64,000 bases of DNA from Octopus vulgaris (GCA_951406725.2 OX597835.1:19592001-19656000), one strand, 5' to 3'; counted from the first letter of the stretch, positions 27,144-39,979 are shown. A program made the numbers and translations. Notes: generated by a model from the letters alone, not told the origin.

Positions 27144-29025
27144 TTAAGTATACTTACATTCATAGATTTACATCTATATATTTACGCAAGCATATATACA
27201 TGTGTGTTTATATATATATAAGTATGAATGGATGTGTGTATATAACAGTTTATGTAAACATATTAGTAAATACATTTTAATAAATACAGATATACACACA
27301 AACAACATTACATCTTATATATACAACATGCGGTCATATACATGAGTGTATATATATATGTATAAATATGTGTGTATGTGTGTGTGTGTGAGTGTATGTT
27401 TACAATTAAATACTTACAGAAATGAATATATGAATATACAACGAAATAGGTAAATAGGTAAGTATATAAACGAATAAATGAATAAATAAATATGCAAATA
27501 AATAAATAGACGAATGGAGGATAAAGAAGCGCGAGGTTTGTTATGTCAATACGATAACAATTGCAACATTACAAACAATATAGTTATTTACTCATGGTCG
27601 TTCTTTACTTCTGCAAACAGATAAAGAACTGTCATTGCGTTGTAAATATTGGGATAAGGTATGTATGGGCTGTAATGTGTCAGGTGAGGGAAAACAAACA
27701 GTGATATATGAACACAAATCATAATAATGACATAAATAATAATAATAATAATAATAACAACAACAACAACGGCAATAACACCACACAATCGTCACAAAAA
27801 AAAAGAGAAAATAATATAAGCAATAATTGTTATTATTACTAGAAATTTTGCATTAAGTGAAGCAAAAAGAAAAATGATCTATATGTATATGAGTAATACT
27901 CAGACGAGATTATGTCTGTATGAATGTAAGTATGTATGTATGTATGTATGTATGTATGTATTTATGTATATGAGGAGATGCATTTATTTGTGTGTGTGTG
28001 CGTGTGTGTGTACACATGATTGTGTATATTTTTCACATTTTTCTGCATAAATATATTCGCCTATATTTGTATGCATATATATTTATATGACTACGTATAT
28101 ATAATTATACATATATGAAATATATACATATATATGTATATATATATACTCACACACATTTGTCTGTATGTCTAACTATCCATCTATGTATTTATCTTTC
28201 TTTCTTTCTATCTCCCTCTCTCCATCTATCTAGCTAGATAGATAGATATCACTATATATACACATGCATATATATACATATATTTCTATATATGTATATA
28301 CTTCTATGTATGTGTAAATATATGTAACATATATATATGTTACATATATTCGTATATATGTATATATATATATATATATGTATATATATAAACACACTGA
28401 TCCCTCTCTCTCCCTCTCTCTTGATATATATGTATATACACACATACACATATATCCGTTTACAATATTACATGGATGTTCGTAAAATGTTTTAAAAAGC
28501 TGTATAAAATATAGAATTTTCAGAACGACAGAGCAGCAAAAAACAATACACCTTGAAAAGCAACAACTACCACCAAAATAACAATAACAGACATCAAATA
28601 CACTTAAAGATGTAGAGGAAAGGACAAATATATCGATTATTTCTCTCATACGTTTCCATAAAAGATGAAACTGGTGAAGGGCGTGGGTTGATTTCTAGTT
28701 AGATGTTGCTGAATCTTCTCGAAGTATATTCCACGAGAATGGAACAGCATAGCAGATTATTGGAACGTTGAGGTACCGAAAAGAAATTTTTTGAATTTCC
28801 ACCAATGAAGGAATACTGCTCTTACAACAATGGCCATTTCATGGTCTGTGATATGAAAGACGTTTCTATGATAACCATTTCGTATTCAGTGTGATTGTAT
28901 TTCTCTCTAACCAACATCTGATTCTGTTCTCAAGCTTCTTAAAAATGAGAAGCAACTTTTCACTCGATACGTATTTGCTTATGTACATATGTATGTGTTT
29001 CTGTCTGAATGTGTGAAGATATATG

Positions 29026-29069
<44 letters not shown>

Positions 29070-29249
29070 GGTGTATGTATGCATGTATGTCTATGTATAT
29101 CAGCATTCATGTTTGCGTAATTGTTGTATATAATTTCGGATATTCTATTAAATTTATATCCTTGTAATTTTGTATATACATCCTTCCGCTTATGTATTGT
29201 TATAATTAGTTATTTATATATCCTTAATATATATATAGTATGTGTGTAA

Positions 29250-29305
<56 letters not shown>

Positions 29306-29721
29306 CATACGCACTTGCAAGCATATATATGTATGTTTGTGAGTGTGTATACATGTATTCTTAGATCAGTAGATATATATATAGACAGATCGAAGCAAGC
29401 ATACATACACGCATATGTACGTATAAACTTACATACGTATTTCTATAAATATATGTGCAAGCGCTGGAATCGTGTGTGTATAAGATTATTGTCTCTCTGT
29501 GTGTATGTAGATATATATTCAACAATAATTTCTCTGTATATTTCAAAATCAGGTAAGATAACTATTGGCTACTCAAAATTTGCCGAAGTTTTTCAAGTGA
29601 TGGCTCACGGCATCTTTCATTGTCCAACATAGACAAACACGCATTGTTAAGGAGATTCTTCTGTGTGTTTCCATTTATTATTATTTTGAAATTTTATCAT
29701 CATCATCGTATTCATTGTTGA

Positions 29722-29772
<51 letters not shown>

Positions 29773-30263
29773 CATCATTTTCTATTTCCACTCATTGTCT
29801 CGTACCACATATAGTAAATGATTTCTGTATTGTATGCATACAATCTGACACGGGTTTCATAAATCTCGCAAATACCTACCCCTTTGTGCTGCCCCCTGTT
29901 ATCAATGGTAATGTTTCCGTAGTCCTGCACCTTTTATTTTCTTTCGCCAATGTCTGTTTGCTCAATGTAAGTTTGTTTGTAGCTCTAAACTCGCTGACAC
30001 AGTTGTTGCTTTGTAAGGTCAGTGTGTTTCATTTCCTTTTAAGAAGTATGAACAATAACCATTCTGTATTTCTCTGCAATTTTCCCGTTGCTCATTATGA
30101 TCATAGTATTGCACTCCCTCTTTAAAAACAGCTGTTGCATTTTGTTCCAGTAAAACTCTCTCTCTCTCTCTCTCTCCTTCTCTCTTTGTTGGATATATTT
30201 CTACCAAATCTGTTCTCACAAAATTGTCCTGGCGAGTTCTAATCTTATTCGTTTCTATTCCTT

Positions 30264-30493
30264 CTTTTACTCTCTTTTACTTGTTTCAGTCATTTGACTG
30301 CGGCCATGCTGGAGCACCGCATTTAATCGAGCAACTCGACCCCGGGACTTATTTCTTTTGTAAGCCCAGTACTTATTCTATCGGTCTCTTTTGCCGAACC
30401 GCAAAGTAACGGGGACATAAACATACCAGCATCGGTTGTCAAGCAACGCTATGGGGACAAACACAGACACACAAGCACACACAAGCACATACA

Positions 30494-30534
<41 letters not shown>

Positions 30535-30693
30535 GGGCTTCTTTCAGTTTCAGTCTACCAAATCCACTCACAAGGCTTTGGTCGGCCCGAGGCTATAGCA
30601 GAAGACACTTGCCCAAGATGCCACGCAGTGGGACTGAACCCGGAACCATGTGGTTGGTAAACAAGCTACGTACCACACAGCCACTCCTGTGCC
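30264..30693 (-). mobile_element. SINE family B, full-length
   Basis: Near-identical to 25255-25676. Confidence 0.9.
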
Positions 30694-31399
30694 TCGTATC
30701 TATAACTAAATTCGCAGCTGTAGATGTGACTGAATGCTAGACAACTGTTAGGGTGACATCACGCATTTGGTCTATGTTTCAATTAGTAAAGACTGTATTT
30801 GTGTTGCGAAAGACTGATTCTGTCCCTGATTCTAGTGAACGTGCGTTTATAGTGAAGTATTTCCCACTCGCAATTTAATATAATTCACTTATATGGCTAT
30901 TTATAAAAGTGTTGTGATCAACATACTCAGATAGTTCTTAATACTGTCGAATCCGTTACGTTTTAATTCCTTTATTTTCTTCCCGTGAGACAGAAGCTAT
31001 AAAACTGTCCTTATTTATAATTATTTTTCTCCTTTCAATGAAAACCAAATCTATCAGTCGTACATCAGCGGGATTGCTTTACTTCTATACCCAGCATTTC
31101 TTAAATAACTCATACAATAAGCACTTATACTGTATCACATACCTGCCTTTCAAAGTGATTAGGACGAATTTACAGTTGTGGCCAAAAGTTTGGGGCATAG
31201 GTCTAAAATTTAGAATTTGATATTAAACTAGCACTATGACCCGGCACATACACGCGAGTACTGTTCAAATCTCCGACCAGTCACATACAGCTAGCAGGCA
31301 TTCAATTAGCGTATCAAGTTTCAGGCATTTTGATTGGGTTTTGGATGGAACATTCACAAAAAAGTCACTTCTATTGATTTTTTAATGGCTTTGCGGGGT

Positions 31400-31703
31400 G
31401 ACTGGTGAAATGTAAACACATGCACGACCACCCTGGGACGGTTTTGAATGACCATAGAAAGTGCGAACCTGGATTCTCATTCCTAAGTTACTTTTCAGTG
31501 TTGTTGTTGTTGTTGTTGTTATTATTATTATTAGTAGTAGTAGTAGTAGTAGTTGTAGTAGTAGTAGTAGTCAGGTCACTGCCTGGAATAGAACTCGGAA
31601 TCTTGGTGTTAATAGCTCGCGCTCTTAACCACTACGCCATATGCCCACAGGCATATAGCGTAGTGGTTAAAATAATAATAACAACAACAACAATAATGAT
31701 AGA

Positions 31704-31779
<76 letters not shown>

Positions 31780-31950
31780 TCGAAAAATAAGTTAGGAATG
31801 AAAACCCAGGTTCGAAATTTCCCCAAGACTCATTGGGAAGGATGGTGTATATATATGCCGAAACGGTCTGTTAACAGCAAACAAGATGACGACAAATATC
31901 CGTCAAATGTAAATACTGTACGTGATTCCTCATCTTTTAAATATAGAACT
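31400..31950. mobile_element. Head-to-head pair of a tRNA-headed, (TAA)n-linked element whose tail carries a decayed hammerhead
   Basis: Minus-strand tRNA-like head at 31571-31646 (gggcatatggcgtagtggttaagagcgcg..gagttctattccaggcagtgacc). Its first 21 nt are mirrored at 31650-31670. Trinucleotide tracts lie on both sides, then inverted tails (31465-31497 vs 31781-31814). 31781-31920 is homologous to the hammerhead-bearing 37980-38112. Confidence 0.75.
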
Positions 31951-33137
31951 GAGTCGAAATATAGTTACAAAATTGCCCTAGTAATGTATGAATCGAGTTT
32001 TTAGATATCATCCGCAGCTGTTTAGTTGTAAATTATACCATTAATGATATAAATTATTCAATGAAATTCTATAAATAGGTATATATTTTTGTCGCCATGC
32101 TGTGTGGTATTTGGGTGCATGTTATAGAAATTGAGCGCGGACGAACAAGCGGGTGCTCTGTTACAATGTTAGTGAAAACGCTGTCAGACTTCTCTTAAAG
32201 GGTGGGATATAATAAAAAATAAAATGCTTACTGGCATTTGATGTTATATATCCATGTGCATTTCTGCTCAGCAAACCTGTTAGCACAACATCTAACAGTT
32301 TTCTGCTTGGCTTTACACGGCGAATCTGCAATATCCAAATTTCGTGAGGAACATCGTTACATCTTGTTACTATGAACACTTGCAACGTTTAAATTTTTTT
32401 AAATTCACATGTATACCATATCGACGCCACATTCAGTCATACACATACATTTACGCACGCACATGTATTTCCGCTTATACTCACATCACACGAAGGGCTC
32501 ACGCAAATTCAAATCGCCATTCTCCACCAAGCATACACATTACCCCTCCCCCACACACACACATGCACACGAATCATTTTCACACAAGAGCCATTTTCAC
32601 ACAAGAGCCATTTTCACACACTAACATGTACACAAAAAAAAACACACACATGTAAAAAACAAAAAATCACATGCAAAAACAAAACATATGTACAGTCTTG
32701 CGCACTCTCGCTCCATCATACACTCTAACCAGCCGCCATGTTCCTACACAAGCACGTGCTTCTATCGCTCACTCTCTCACTCCCTTTCTCTCTCTACTTT
32801 CATTATATCTTTATCACAAGCCTTACTATCCTTTTTGTATCTTTTTCCTCTCCCTACATCCCTTTATTTTACACTTTGCTTTTCTGTCTCCTTATCTCCA
32901 CTATCCTTTTCTCATTACTTACATTCTGCACACATACATGCATATCATACACACACCTACACGCTCAAAAAACAAACATATTTACTAGACACACAGACAT
33001 ACACATTCATAAACGTATTGATATTTTCATAAGCACAAGATCTCAATTGACCGACACACACACACACATGCAGACACGCGAACACACAGATACACAAGCA
33101 CTAATACATACACACACACAGAGACATATATATATAT

Positions 33138-33350
33138 AAATTTAGAGGAATGACCACTAAAGTGGACACCGTATATGCTAAACATAGACGTCAAATCGTC
33201 ACTACCACGAAGAAGTTGTTCTCTTATTTTACATTTTGCTGTTTTTGCTGAGATTTTTTTTCTTGAGAACAAATTCTTCCTGGTAATGACGATTTGACGT
33301 CTATGTTTAGCGTATAGGGTGTTCACTTCAGTGACCATTCCTCTAAATTT
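33138..33350. repeat. Foldback element with 86 bp arms (33138-33223 / 33265-33350), next to (TA)n
   Basis: Arms align without gaps with 9 mismatches by manual count; 41 bp spacer. Confidence 0.9.
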
Positions 33351-33481
33351 TGTAAGTAACATGATTATTTAATCTTCGTATTTTTTAAAAAAATATGCTA
33401 AGCCACTGGTTTTAATTGATTAATATCAATTTCTACCTTTATTATCTAATTTTATATATATATGAGTGTGTGTGTGTGTGT

Positions 33482-33791
33482 GTGGAGTTGCAATGGCCCA
33501 GTGGTTAGGGCAGCGGACTTGCGGTCGTAGGATTGCGGTTTCGATTTCCAGACCGCGTTTTGAGTGTTTATTGAGCCAAAAACACCTAAAGCTTCACTAG
33601 GCTCCGGCAGTGGTGGTGGCGATCCATGCTGTACTCTTTCGCCGCAACTTTCTCTCACTCTTTCTTCAGTTGGCCTGCTCGCTTAGCCAGCGGAGTGGCG
33701 TCATTTAAAGGCTAAACCAATGCGAAGTGCATTGTGACCAGCGATGTGTAGCAACATCTGATAGCCTGGTCGGTCACGGTGATCACGGTGA
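33482..33791 (+). mobile_element. tRNA-derived SINE family C with tail 2
   Basis: Head gtggag..caatggcccagtggttagggcagcggact..ggtttcgatttcc; tail ending ggtcggtcacggtgatcacggtga, also seen at 42385-42653. Confidence 0.9.
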
Positions 33792-33812
33792 TATATATAT
33801 TTATACATATAC

Positions 33813-34059
33813 AAGGCGGCGAGCTGGCTAAGGCGGCGAGCTGGCAGAAACGTTAGCACGCCGGGCGAAATGCTTTGTGGTATTTCGTCTGTCGTTACGT
33901 TCTGAGTTCAAATTCCGCCGAGGTCGACTTTGCCTTTCATCCTTCCGGGGTCGATAAATAAAGTACCAGTTTCGCACTGGGGTCGATGTAATCGGCTTAA
34001 TCCGTTTGTCTATCCTTGTTTGTCCCCTCTATGTTTAGCCCCTTGTGGGTAATAGAGAA
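33813..34059 (+). mobile_element. SINE family A, full-length, with 20 bp target-site duplication and a duplicated 5' end
   Basis: atatatatatttatacatat at 33791-33810 and 34060-34079; aaggcggcgagctggc occurs twice at the 5' end. Confidence 0.9.
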
Positions 34060-35224
34060 ATATATATATTTATACATATGAATCTGAGAGATATCGCGAC
34101 ATAGTGACGTAGAGGTCTCTGCCTCAGATATACAGCCAAAAGGTCCTTATTTCGCAAATTACAAGACTGATTATAATTACACAGGCAAAGTAATGGCGGT
34201 AATATAATGAAAGAAAAAGCAAAAGTCTTTTTATATCGTGGTTCTAGCTGTGTCACTGTACAATGAAATTTTAGAAAAAGCGTATTTACTCGTTCGACTT
34301 GAATACATGGTAGGATGTATATAAACCTAAATCATCACAAGCAATGACAGTGAAAAGAGAAAATATTCAAATAAGTAGCGTAAAGTTATATTTTGGGTAT
34401 ACACTGTAATGAATTTCTTTATTAGAGAGGAAATTAAAATTTTAATAATAACCCACACGTCAAGCATGTAAACAATTTAAATGAAGACACTTCTGTGATT
34501 CCTTGTTATAATCTGTATAATGTCCCCTGTACTTTTTGTTTTGCTATGGTGCCTTCTTCTACCTTTTTCTAATGGAAATATCGACGTTAATGTAGTCTTT
34601 TTATTTGTAATTCGTCTGCCAAAGAACCGTCATAAAGACCTGATCTCTGCACACTTCTGGAAATGATCTTAATGTAAAATGTTTAAATGGCAACTGAACA
34701 TGCCAAGTTGTCTACGGATAATTGGTGCTCGCATGCTGTAAATTGTAATGAAGCTGTCTGTCCCAGGCAATTGAATTTCTTCCAGGATATTGGATCTTAA
34801 TAGTGAAATGAAAAAAAAAAGTTGAAACGATTATTCATATTATTTAATAGGCAGGGAAATGCTAGTAGCTAAGGCGATTGTCGCCCAAAATGGATTCGTT
34901 TGTAAATGGCAGTGTCAAAAGCAGATACCACTCAGAATCGTCAAGTAATATACACAGCTAAAACTACTGAGGTAGAGGAGGAGGTGATAGATTTAGTAGA
35001 CTATCCGTTACACTGGCTTTAAACCAGTGGTGTCTTTGAGCTATATGTTTAGTGTCATTCAGGTGGCCTAACACATACTATTCATGTCTTGCTAAAATAT
35101 AACTGATGCCGTGCAGCTAGACAGATACCAACATTTACAAGTCCTCTACACAGTCAAATGCCCAGTTTGATATCAGCCACCCACACCTTACCCTCTTCGT
35201 CTTGCCAAAACACTTCAGCTTTCT

Positions 35225-35491
35225 CTATTTTCTTATTTTTTATTGCCCACAAGGGGCTAAACACAGAGAGGACAAACAAGGACAGACAAACGGATTAAGT
35301 CGATTATATCAACTCCAGTACGTAACTGGTACTTAATTTATCGACCCCGAAAGGATAAAAGGCAAAGTACACATCGGCGGAATTTGAACTCAGAAGGTCA
35401 CGGCAGACGAAATACCTATTTCTTTACTACCCACAAGGGGCTAAACACAGAGAGAACAAACAAGGACAGACAAACGGATTAAATCGATTAT
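35225..35491 (-). mobile_element. SINE family A, headless tandem (one unit plus partial unit)
   Basis: Same body and the same cagacgaaatacctatttc junction as 13283-13695. Confidence 0.85.
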
Positions 35492-35891
35492 GAAATACAT
35501 AATGCATAATGAAACTCCGGCTACTGAAACTCCACGAATGTTACGTAATTGTTGAGCTCCTTATAGCAATCCATTCCTTATAACAGTACCTTAGAAAGAA
35601 TATATTGTAAAGGGGCAGGGCTACTACCGATAATAATATTTCCGACACCATAGCGGTCACATGTTCACAATTTAAACGGAGATATTACAACCACACCCAC
35701 TAGTTTAAGTATTTCAGTAAGCATATTTCTACATAACTGGCCGAGTTGGAAAGCAATAAAATGAAATGGGGGCTATATGAAATATCATAGTCTGTCGTGT
35801 GATCTGTACTCCCATCTACCGGAGGTCTGAGTGAAAATTATGATCAAATGAAGGGGTAGAGATATCATACGATAGCGGTGATATTATTTAA

Positions 35892-36112
35892 CACTTTAGT
35901 GTTCAGATTATTCTGTTAAATGTAATATTTTTTTCCCTCAAATTGTTTTGAATTAATCATACATTATCTTATAGCTTTGATGTTTCAGTGACGTGATTGT
36001 TTATTTTAAAAAAGTCAATGTAGGTTAGATGGGAAAGGCTGGATCTGGCCAGTTTGGATATAAAACATGTGGAATATCTGGGCCAGATATGGCCGGTTTA
36101 AACACTAAAGGG
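35892..36112. mobile_element. piggyBac-type MITE
   Basis: TTAA on both sides (35888-35891, 36113-36116); terminal inverted repeats cactttagtgtt / aacactaaaggg. Confidence 0.75.
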
Positions 36113-36341
36113 TTAAACACATAACGAATTTCTGATACGGTAATCACTTAAATAATCCCGACCTTCTCTAAATTTCCATATATTTTTTTCCTTCTGCTCT
36201 TCTTCGTGTTTTTCAAGGTCAATTATGCACTGCGTATTAAACACAAAGGCGGACTATACTCGAGGATTTACGGTATGTTTATAAGTGTACGTATAAGGGG
36301 GTTTATATGAAAGAGGCTCTGTACACATATATTATTTAATC

Positions 36342-36480
36342 GTGGAGGCGCAATGAACTGAGCTGGCAAAAATGAGTAACGTTGCGATGGAGTGGCGACC
36401 CGTCCAGCTGGCGAACACATGCGTCATAGAAACCGGGAAACCGGGCCCATGAGCCTAGCTAGGCTTTAAAAGGGCGCATT
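36342..36480 (+). mobile_element. Internally deleted SINE family C with tail 3
   Basis: Head start gtggaggcgcaatg joined almost directly to tgagtaacgttgcgatggagtggcgacccgtccag..gaaaccgggaaaccgggcccatgag, as at 43005-43114. Confidence 0.8.
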
Positions 36481-36517
36481 TATTTTATTAGTCAGTGTTG
36501 CAGTAGTTACAGCTATC

Positions 36518-36900
36518 GTGGAGGCGCAATGGCCCAGTGGTTAGGGCAGCGGACTCGCGGTCGTAGGATCGCGGTTTCGATTCCCAGACCGGGCGTTGTG
36601 AGTGTTTATTGAGCGAAAACACATAAAGCTCCACGAGGCTCCTGCAGGGGTTGGTTGTGATCCCTGCTGTACTCTTCCACCACAACTTTCTCTCACTCTT
36701 ACTTCCTGTTTCTGTTGTACCTGTACTTCAAAGGGCCGGCCTTGTCACTCTCTGTGTCACGCTGAATATCCCCGAGAACTACGTTAAGGGTACACGTGTC
36801 TGTGGAGTGCTCAACCACTTACACGTTAATTTCACGAGCAGGCTGTTCCGTTGATCGGATCAACCGGAACCCTCGTCGTCGTCACCGACGGAGTGCTTCC
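36518..36900 (+). mobile_element. SINE family C with tail 1, full-length
   Basis: tRNA-like head with A-box tggcccagtgg and B-box-like ggtttcgattccc; near-identical to 51087-51456. Confidence 0.9.
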
Positions 36901-37979
36901 ATTCCCATTATTTAATCATATTCATACGCTCATTCTATAATTCATACTTGCAATCCTCCAATTTATGTCTGTTTAAAATTCTTTTCTTTCTATAAAAAAA
37001 GCTGGTGTTTTTGTACATCGCTAATATTTTAATTTTTGCTGATTCTAAATTCGTAGTACTATATTCATATTTTATCTTTAATTTCATTTTATTTTTAATG
37101 CGTTTATCTTTCTTTCTTTTCTTCGTTTCAAGATTGATAATTTTTATTTTTACATTTTTAATTTCATAATTTATAATTCATACCTTATCTTTATACCTCG
37201 ACACCAAGCCCTTGCATCGTTATCTCAAAACTTTTCTTCTTATCAGCTCACCTCTTTCATATTTTTCATTTCTCAGTTTTACCCTGTATCTACTTTCACT
37301 TATTTTTCTGTCGGAGCCATGTTTTCGGCCCAGGTCTTCCGGAGTATTCTACTCACATATAACGGAAGCAACACTCTATACATTTTTCATTCACCTCACT
37401 CATCATTAATTACGCTATCCCTTATGTGGATTGTTCTTTCGCTATAATGGGATTTTACAGCTTCAAATTTTTACTGTGTCCTACCGTGTCCGTACCGCTC
37501 TTAGATCTAACTCTATAATTACCTAAGCAATTACTTCACTATTCTCAATTCTTCTTTATAATTAAGTATTACCATTTACTTCCACGCTTAATTGGCTCTT
37601 CATTTATACTACTCTCTCTTGGCACTGTACCATTGATCTTAGACCTATTCCAATATTAAATTTACTTTCAATTCAAATTACTCCCAGCTATGTCATTTTG
37701 TTAAATCACGGATGCCTGTTTAGCTTCCGTTTATCAACTTCACTCACAAGGCATTGACCAGTCTGGTGTTATACTAGAAGGATTTTGCACACGGTTCTAT
37801 CAATGGCACAGAACTTGAAACCACGTCATTGCAAAATGAAATTCCTAAACCACAGTGATACCTGTGCATATTATGATAACGACTGTTATAATGATCCATT
37901 GATTGATATTTAACACGATAGTTGACTTATGGTAATGGTTTAGTGGAATATGATTAACCATTTCATACTATACACGTGA

Positions 37980-38124
37980 CATTATTTACATTTGACGGAT
38001 ATTTGTCCTCATCTTTTTGTGAACATAACGTTTCGGCTGATATACCCTCCGTCCTTCATCAGATGTCTTGGGAAATTTCGAACCTGGGTTCGCATTCCGA
38101 AGGTATTTTTCGATATTATTATTA

Positions 38125-38182
<58 letters not shown>
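37980..38182 (-). mobile_element. 5'-truncated copy of the (TAA)n-hammerhead element
   Basis: Reverse complement aligns to 31781-31920 (cgaaaaataccttcggaatgcgaacccaggttcgaaatttcccaagac..gatgaggacaaatatccgtcaaatgtaaata), preceded by (TAA)n. Confidence 0.8.
38022..38067 (-). ncRNA. Minimal type I hammerhead ribozyme motif with intact core
   Basis: Minus strand GACAT-CTGATGA-A-GG(ACGGAGGGTATATCAG)CC-GAAA-CG-T-T-ATGTT: stem I GACAT/ATGTT, perfect CUGAUGA and GAAA, palindromic stem III ACGT; stem II partly eroded. Confidence 0.8.
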
Positions 38183-38489
38183 GTTTTGCAAATGTGAATT
38201 ACAGGGATATGTCCTATGTGGAGTCTCATTTGTAGAAAATAGAAATAAACAGTCTTTGACTGCTATTTCTAATTTTTCGGTTTGTGGCTAGGCAACCTGT
38301 TGCCTCCCTCTTTTATTTATATACAAAAATATATATATATATTGAACTTTTATAAAAGTTCCTACCGTTAATTGTTATATTTACATGCCGAAATCTACCC
38401 GTAAATAATTGTTGTTTTTTTTATAAACCATTAAAGATATGATTTACTCTTATTATATATATATATATGTATATGCGCGTATTTTGTAT

Positions 38490-38712
38490 GAGTCTGTGTC
38501 TTTGAGTCTCTGCCCCCATCAGGTTTTGACAACCGGTGTTGGTGTGTTTACGACACCATAACTTAGCCTTTGAGCAAAACAGACCGGTGTAGTAATTATT
38601 AGGATTAACAAAATAAACGTCCAGTTGTCGATTTGTTAGACCAAAACCCTTGAAGGCGGCGCTCGGGCATGGCCACTATCACTGAAACAAATAAACGAAT
38701 AAAAGAATAAAA
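38490..38712 (+). mobile_element. Diverged 3' half of SINE family B
   Basis: ttgacaaccggtgttggtgtgtttacg..aaggcggcgctcgggcatggcc..ctgaaacaaataaacgaataaaagaataaaaga. Confidence 0.7.
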
Positions 38713-38914
38713 GATTAATACTTATATATCTATCTATATGTGTGTGTGAGAGTATGTTTATATATATATATCATACGGAGATGTACTCGCAAAGCAAGTG
38801 ATTTGATCTGAGATCGTGTGCTGAAACGAAAACAATTGCAGCGTGGAAGGTGTTTGTAAGCCATTTAAGAAAACACACAAAAACCGTTCGATTCACTTCA
38901 ACATTTAAGTTTAA

Positions 38915-38965
38915 TTTGTCAAAATATTTTCGTCGCTTTAAGACCGCGACCTGTTCACTGACAAA
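38915..38965 (-). ncRNA. Minimal type I hammerhead ribozyme motif with G3-C8 swapped core
   Basis: Minus strand TTTGTCA-GTGAACA-G-GTCGC-GGTCTTAAA-GCGAC-GAAA-ATAT-T-T-TGACAAA: 7 bp stem I, 5 bp stem II, palindromic stem III AATATT, core GUGAACA in place of CUGANGA. Confidence 0.75.
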
Positions 38966-38987
38966 AATCCCTGCTGCATCACGGATT

Positions 38988-39038
38988 TTTGTCAGTGAAA
39001 AGGTCGCGGTCTTAAAGCGACGAAAATATTTTGACAAA
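38988..39038 (+). ncRNA. Mirror copy of the G3-C8 hammerhead with C8 mutated to A
   Basis: TTTGTCA-GTGAAAA-G-GTCGC-GGTCTTAAA-GCGAC-GAAA-ATAT-T-T-TGACAAA. Confidence 0.65.
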
Positions 39039-39131
39039 TTAAACTTAAATGTTGAAGTGAATCGACCGGCTTTTGTGTGTTTCTTAAATGGCTTACAAAC
39101 ACCTTCCACGCTGCAATTGTAATATATATAC

Positions 39132-39165
<34 letters not shown>

Positions 39166-39380
39166 GTATTCACGAAAATATGTATATGCATAATGACAGA
39201 GCCTAACTTTCGCAGGTATACGAAAATCTTCACATCGTCAAAAGAATGTCATACAAGTTGCAAAGCATTCGGAATGTCATATAATCCAGTCATTAAAGAT
39301 TATTTCCTTTCAATATTTTATTACCAAAAGAATTTTAACAAAGAATATATAGGTGCGTCAGCATGTGTGTGTATATATAA

Positions 39381-39448
<68 letters not shown>

Positions 39449-39705
39449 ATATATATATATATATATATTTATAATCGCACATACAGATACACAAACACAC
39501 ACAGCACAGACGTACACATACACACGAAAACACATATATATGTTCATAATTATGTTCTTTCTTCTTTGTGTGTCGAAGGCATGTGATAATCACATTTCAA
39601 GTTATGTGATAAAATGATTTTATTGAAAAAGTTTTTACACATACGTACACATATAGATACACAGACACACAGACAAATATATTGATGTATGTACACCTCA
39701 AAGTA

Positions 39706-39753
<48 letters not shown>

Positions 39754-39923
39754 CATGATTTTTCGTATCGATGTATTTTGTGCGCTATATACATATATAA
39801 CACTATCACACACACACACGACGTAGATATATATACATATATATATGTGTGTGTTTATACAGATATATATATACATATATGTATATATATATATACATAT
39901 ATATATATACATATATATATATG

Positions 39924-39979
<56 letters not shown>

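Larger units (their letters stand above)
38832..39120. repeat. Near-perfect palindrome with about 139 bp arms (38832-38970 / 38983-39120) and 12 bp spacer, inside an element (38771-39120) flanked by (TA)n
   Basis: Arms differ by 3 substitutions and 1 indel by manual alignment; mirrored ORFs on both strands. Confidence 0.95.

Noticed and set aside
31226-31262. Possible minus-strand Helitron 3' end (..gggtcatagtgCTAG|t)
   Set aside because: The hairpin is degenerate and no matching 5' end was found, so it was not listed as a feature.
36518-36600. tRNA-like sequences here and at 23297, 31571, 33482, 47661 and 51087 as tRNA genes
   Set aside because: They are heads of multi-copy SINEs that continue into SINE bodies, some with TSDs; a complete cloverleaf is not supported.
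38771-39122. Mirror ORFs of 112 and 90 aa as small proteins
   Set aside because: They arise from the palindrome; no recognisable domain, and the RNA fold explains the sequence better.
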